Below, piece after piece: positions 59,468 to 64,000 of a stretch of 64,000 nt of DNA; the first letter of the stretch is position 1; the number at the start of each line of letters is the position of its first letter. The notes under the pieces were generated by a model. The model did no database searches and was not told the DNA's origin. It saw only the letters and a list, made by a program, of their open reading frames with translations. The stretch lies in contig JASGJH010000001.1 in assembly GCA_047601445.1 (NCBI GenBank), forward strand, positions 1,504,001 through 1,568,000, read 5' to 3'. The DNA is from Myxococcales bacterium (GTDB lineage Bacteria; Myxococcota_A; Polyangia; Polyangiales; DASUME01). Position numbers and translations under genes: made by a program.

Positions 59468-62107
59468 TCAGCTCGCCAGCGCGCGCCGTACGGATTGGGC
59501 CAACGCTTTCAACGAGAACGGCTTGTGCAGCAGCGGCGCGTTGCGCACGTCGACGCCGCGCCCGAACACCATCTCGTCCGCGTACCCAGACATGTAGAGC
59601 ACCGGCAAACTGGGCCGCACCGCGCGCAGCCGTTCTACCAGCGCGCCCCCACTCTCGCCCTGCAGCACGATGTCCGTGATCAATAGGTCCACGCGCGAGA
59701 GGTCCTGGCGCAGGGCCCGAAAGGCTTCCTCGGCGCTCGCGTACGTCCGAACCTGGTAGCCGAGTTGGTGCAGCTGCTCCTCGGCCAACTCCCGCACCGC
59801 CGGCTGGTCTTCGACCAGCGCCACGCGCTCGGTCCCAACCGGGATGTCCGTCTCCCGCCGGCGCAAGCTGCCCAGGGGTTCGGAGCTGGCCGGCAGATAG
59901 ATCTCGAACTGTGTGCCCGCGCCCGGCGCGCTGTGTACCGTGATGAAGCCGCCGCTCTCCCGCACCACGTTGTCCACGGTCGCCAGACCGATACCGGTTC
60001 CCTTGCCGGAGCCCTTGGTGGTGAAGAAGGGCTCGAACATGTGCTGCATCACAGTCGGACTCATCCCCACGCCGGTATCGCGGATCGACAGCTTGACGTG
60101 GCCGTAGGGAGTCTGGCGCGCGCCCGGAACCTCCGGCAGAGGCTCGCCCGAGGCCACCTGGCCTGTGCTGATGGTGAGAACACCGCCCGCCTCCATGGCG
60201 TCCCGCGCGTTGACCGCCAGGTTGATCAGCACTTGCTCCAGCTGGGTGACGTCCGCGAACACGTGCAAGGGCGTTGGAATCAGCTCCAGGCGCAGCTGAA
60301 TGTCCTCGCGAATCAGGCGGCGCAGCATGCTGTGGGTCTGCCGTACCACTTCGTTGAGGTCCAGCACGCGCGGGTCAGTCGGCTGTCTGCGCGCGAACAT
60401 CAGGAGTTGGCGCGTGAGTCCCGCCGCGCTCTCGCCGGCGACAGTGGCGTGTTCCAGGTGTTGCGGATTGCTCTTGCCGCGCGCCATGTCCATGCGAGCG
60501 AGCTCGATGTGTCCGAGGATGACCGTGAGCAGGTTGTTGAAGTCGTGCGCGATGCCGCCGGCCAGGCGTCCGATGGAGTCCACGCGCTGGCTGTGATGCA
60601 GCTGCTCTCGCAGCATGGCGCGTTCGCGCTCGGCGCGCTCGTGCTCCGTCATATCGCGGGCCTCGGCCAGCAGCAGCACGTCTTGGTCTTCGAACCACAA
60701 CGGCTTGAGCGAGAAGTCGAATGGATGCGGTTGACCGGCCCGGTCCAACTGCGTCACCTCCATCTGCACGTGCTCACCGCGCGCCGCGCGCCGAATGGCC
60801 TCCTGCAGGCGCCCCTGCAGCTCGCTGGAGTGGCTCCACCAGGGCGTCTCCCACAGTGGCTTCCCCAGCACCGACACCTCGGTCGTGCCGGCGAACTCCA
60901 GCGCCGAGCGATTGACACCGGTGAGGGTACCGTCGGCCGACAGCGTGGCCATCAACTGGGTCGCACCGTCCACCAACAGCTTGAAGCGCCGCTCGCTCGC
61001 CAAGGTGGCGCGCTCCGCCTCCTCCTTCTCGGCGATCCGCGCGTGCAGCTCGCTGGTACGCTCACGCACCCGCTGTTCCAGTACTTCTTGAGCTTCCAGC
61101 AGCTCACGCTCGGCTCGCCTCCGCTCGGTCACGTCGCGCAGCAGCGCCACGCGCCCGCCCGAGGCGAGCCGGCGCACGCTGACATCGAACGCGCGGCCGC
61201 GCACGTCGACGGAGTACTCGGTGTTCGAGCTCCCCACTGCGATGGACTTGGCGGACCAGGTCGGCAGCACGCTCGAGGCCTGTGTGCCGAGCTGGACATG
61301 GCTGCCGAACAGCGCCTTGGCCGCGGGGTTCAGGTCGACCACACGTTCATGCGCATCGATCACCAGCACGGGGTCGGGTACCTGCTCGAACACCACGTGC
61401 CGCGCGATGGGCACCAGGTTCAAAAACCGTCCACGCTGCAGTGCCCAGGTGATCGGCACGGCACCGATCCCGAAGCAGATGGGCGAGACATCGCGCTGCC
61501 CAAACAGCTCCGGGTCGAGAAGCCCGATCAAGTTTCCGGCCATGGGCAAGGCCAAGCCGAACATCACGAGCAGCGCCTGCGCGCGCAGGCCACGAGGATG
61601 CTCGACGGCAGCGCGTCCCACGATCACCACCACGTAGAGCGCAATCAGGTACATCTGGACGCTGAAGAGCAGATCCAGGAACCCGAAGTCGTAGATGAGC
61701 ATGTCGAAGGGGGGCGACGGAACGACATGGGCGCTGGCCCGCGCATGCCCGTGCAGCGGGTCCGTCAGCACCCAGATCACCGTGGCCACCGGGATCACCA
61801 TCACGTAGCCGAGCAGGCGGGACAGACGCGGCGGCACGCACTGCGCGTACTCCCACGCGAACCAGAGCATGGTGGGGCTGAAGCCCAGCCAGGCCACGTA
61901 TTGGATGTTGTCCCAGAGTAACTTCGCCTGAACCCCGTCGGAGAGCAGCTCGGCCACGTAGCCCATGCCGCAGACGCTCTGCGTGAGCATGTACAGGGAG
62001 AATGCCCGCGCGGCCGGGTGCGGCCTAAGCCGCCACGCGAAAGCTGCGCAGGCCAGGGTCAGCGTGGCGGAGGATGAAGCCAACAGCAGCAACAACCAGC
62101 CGTGCAT
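59468..62107 (-). CDS. Hybrid sensor kinase (HisKA_7TM, PAS, PAS, HisKA, HATPase, REC)
   Basis: Seven-TM N-terminus with TDPLHG and LVPIAR; IGRLAGGIAHDFNNLL, NLAVNARDAM, GKGTGIGL; C-terminal REC. Confidence 0.92.
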   Translation of the reverse strand: MHGWLLLLLASSSATLTLACAAFAWRLRPHPAARAFSLYMLTQSVCGMGYVAELLSDGVQAKLLWDNIQYVAWLGFSPTMLWFAWEYAQCVPPRLSRLLGYVMVIPVATVIWVLTDPLHGHARASAHVVPSPPFDMLIYDFGFLDLLFSVQMYLIALYVVVIVGRAAVEHPRGLRAQALLVMFGLALPMAGNLIGLLDPELFGQRDVSPICFGIGAVPITWALQRGRFLNLVPIARHVVFEQVPDPVLVIDAHERVVDLNPAAKALFGSHVQLGTQASSVLPTWSAKSIAVGSSNTEYSVDVRGRAFDVSVRRLASGGRVALLRDVTERRRAERELLEAQEVLEQRVRERTSELHARIAEKEEAERATLASERRFKLLVDGATQLMATLSADGTLTGVNRSALEFAGTTEVSVLGKPLWETPWWSHSSELQGRLQEAIRRAARGEHVQMEVTQLDRAGQPHPFDFSLKPLWFEDQDVLLLAEARDMTEHERAERERAMLREQLHHSQRVDSIGRLAGGIAHDFNNLLTVILGHIELARMDMARGKSNPQHLEHATVAGESAAGLTRQLLMFARRQPTDPRVLDLNEVVRQTHSMLRRLIREDIQLRLELIPTPLHVFADVTQLEQVLINLAVNARDAMEAGGVLTISTGQVASGEPLPEVPGARQTPYGHVKLSIRDTGVGMSPTVMQHMFEPFFTTKGSGKGTGIGLATVDNVVRESGGFITVHSAPGAGTQFEIYLPASSEPLGSLRRRETDIPVGTERVALVEDQPAVRELAEEQLHQLGYQVRTYASAEEAFRALRQDLSRVDLLITDIVLQGESGGALVERLRAVRPSLPVLYMSGYADEMVFGRGVDVRNAPLLHKPFSLKALAQSVRRALAS

Positions 62108-62419
62108 CCCGCCCCCTTGGTCAGTTTAACCAAGGTTTGTCCTGGTTGCGGCCAAGGCGGTGCCGCGCGCAACCCGTGTGGAAGCGTGCACGGTTTGGCG
62201 AGCTCGAGAGCTGCACGCGAAGGACCGTGCGGAACCCCTCGAAGTGTGCGCCACAGGCTGTCTCAAATTGCCCCGCCTCCTGTACTTCCCTTCACAAACG
62301 TTGGCCCTTCGTGCGCGTATTTGCGCGGTTCATGGCGCTGGAACAAATCGTGCTCTGGACCGCGAAAGGACACGAAGGAGCCCCCCGATTGGGGTCGCTC
62401 GACTGGAGGGAGAGCGCCC

Positions 62420-62776
62420 GTGAGCCTCGTCTACCTTGCCGCCTGCGGCTGCCTGATTGGACTCATCCTGCGCCTCCCGTCCTCCCATGAACCGCGTATG
62501 CCACTGCTGGCGATGATCGGCATCGGCGCGGGCGGGGCGCTGATGGGAAGCTTCCTGGTGGGCGCAGCAGGTGAGCTGAGCGTGATGGAGATCGACCTGC
62601 TCGTGGTGCTCGGCGCCGTGACGGGCGCGCTGCTCGTGCTCGCGGCCTCCCATGGCTACTACCGCCTGTGCGTGAACCGGGTGGAGCGCGCGCATGCGAT
62701 CTCGCTGATCGAGCTCTCGAGGCCGACTCTGGAGGCAGTGCCCATCCGCACCACGCAGCCGCCACCCGCCCTGTGA
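62420..62776 (+). CDS. GlsB/YeaQ/YmgE-like small membrane protein
   Basis: GGAGG upstream of the GTG; three TM helices with IGIGAGGALMGSFL and AVTGALLVL. Confidence 0.55.
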   Translation: MSLVYLAACGCLIGLILRLPSSHEPRMPLLAMIGIGAGGALMGSFLVGAAGELSVMEIDLLVVLGAVTGALLVLAASHGYYRLCVNRVERAHAISLIELSRPTLEAVPIRTTQPPPAL

Positions 62777-62920
62777 GTGCAGCGAGAATCCGCACCGAAC
62801 TCGTGTGGCTTGCCCCGCGGTCGTGGATGGATGGGCGCATAGCACCGAGCAGGAAAGGCTCCCCAGCTGCCGTTTGCAATCGATCGTCCGCCCGTGTCAA
62901 AGCGACTGAAGGGGGAAGCG

Positions 62921-63652
62921 ATGGGCAAGCGATGTTGGCTCGGTGCCGTGGTGTGCCTTGCGCTCGCGGGAAGCTCTGCCGAAGCGCAAGACACGGCGGG
63001 CGGCGTCACGACGCCGGAGGGTGCGTACTATCCGGAGGAGCCCGGCGGCTATGGTGCGAGCGCCTACCGAGCCCAGACGGCACCCAAGGAGAATCCCTAC
63101 CACCTGAGCATGCAGCAGAAGTATCCATTCAAGGCCGACGTGAACTTCGAGGTTCCCGTGCCCTTGACGGACGAGCACAACTCGGCCGACGTGGGCTTCG
63201 GGCTGAGCGGCATGTTCGGCTGGGATCTAGGCTTCCTGCTGCCGACCGCCAATGTCGGCTGGGCGTGGAACGGGCTCAACCTGCCGAGCACGTACGGGGA
63301 CAATCGCTCGCTTACCCGCTTTCACATGGGCATCGGCTTGATGGCCGAGTTCGAGAACCGCAGCGTGGTGACCCCCGTGCTCGGCGCGATGCTCGATCTC
63401 AACTGGTGGCACGTGTCGGGCGACGTCAGCGTGGGCTGCGGCGGCTACTACTACTGGGCTTGCTACCAGGTCAACAACTACGACTACACCACCGGCTTCA
63501 CCTTCAGGGCCGGCGCTGACTTCGGCTTCAAACGCAACGACCGCTTCACGCTGGGCGCGGGTGTCATGCCCTCGCTCACGCTCAAGGGCGGTCCCTTCCG
63601 CGAAACAGAGTGGTGGCTCTCGCCCTATTTCGCCTTCAGCGTACGCCGTTGA
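62921..63652 (+). CDS. Outer-membrane beta-barrel protein (about 8 strands)
   Basis: Signal peptide ending AEA; alternating aromatic/Gly strands; ends WLSPYFAFSVRR. Confidence 0.7.
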   Translation: MGKRCWLGAVVCLALAGSSAEAQDTAGGVTTPEGAYYPEEPGGYGASAYRAQTAPKENPYHLSMQQKYPFKADVNFEVPVPLTDEHNSADVGFGLSGMFGWDLGFLLPTANVGWAWNGLNLPSTYGDNRSLTRFHMGIGLMAEFENRSVVTPVLGAMLDLNWWHVSGDVSVGCGGYYYWACYQVNNYDYTTGFTFRAGADFGFKRNDRFTLGAGVMPSLTLKGGPFRETEWWLSPYFAFSVRR

Positions 63653-63753
63653 GTGCGCCGCGCGCAGCTACCCGTGGCAAGGGCTCGGGACGTCCCGGCG
63701 GGCTTCCCCCGAGGCGACCTCGCATCGCCCTCGTGGTAAGACGTGCACTCGCC

Positions 63754-64000
63754 ATGACCACGCTTCGACCAGAACTTCAAGACGTCGTCGCCCGCTTGAT
63801 CGCCAGCGCCGAGCGCGCCGAGCTGAGCGTCGACGAGGTGGGCGAGGCGCTGGGCACGCTGTCGGTGTCCACGCTCGAGATCGAGGCCGTATTTGCAGCG
63901 CTGGAGGCGGCGGGTGGTTCGGTCCGCGCGCCGGGCGGCGGTGGCACGGAGCTTCACCTCAAGCGCGTGGTCGAAGCGGCCCGCGCTATCCGCGCCGAGC
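63754..64000 (+). CDS. Hypothetical protein, 3'-truncated by the window edge (N-terminus resembles sigma-70 region 1.1)
   Basis: Open frame from ATG 63754: MTTLRPELQDVVARLIASAERAELSVDEVGEALGTLSVSTLEIEAVFAALEAAG...; absent from the ORF track because it has no stop in the window. Confidence 0.6.
   Translation, partial: MTTLRPELQDVVARLIASAERAELSVDEVGEALGTLSVSTLEIEAVFAALEAAGGSVRAPGGGGTELHLKRVVEAARAIRAE

Overview
This is a very GC-rich (judged by eye, not computed) bacterial chromosomal window. Its protein content points to a myxobacterium (Myxococcota, probably Polyangia): Cys-rich lipoproteins with DAG linkers, MopE-like repeats, a two-gene alpha-2-macroglobulin locus and many orphan hybrid kinases. 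About 50 CDS are supported; I found no rRNA, tRNA, CRISPR array, integrase or transposase. Signalling dominates: six hybrid histidine kinases, two classical kinases, one OmpR regulator, a GGDEF cyclase, a DisA_N-type diadenylate cyclase with an N-terminal sensor region, and MEDS, STAS/SEC14, Usp, two LuxR, TetR and ArsR proteins. Other genes encode a BMP-family ABC importer, several redox, methyl and hydrolase enzymes, and secreted proteins. The best leads are: (1) a stand-alone sensor-DAC nucleotide cyclase; (2) two secreted lipoproteins with an H-[F/L]-S ZU5/GAIN-type autoproteolysis motif ahead of Cys-rich C-terminal cargo; (3) a thioester-less two-gene macroglobulin whose first gene is split by a +1 frameshift; (4) an AHL-lactonase-like gene with its catalytic core deleted; (5) a PhcB-like methyltransferase convergent with a LuxR regulator; and (6) a hairpin-dense 450-nt intergenic region with mutually exclusive pairings. 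All family assignments come from motif recognition by eye; no database searches were run.
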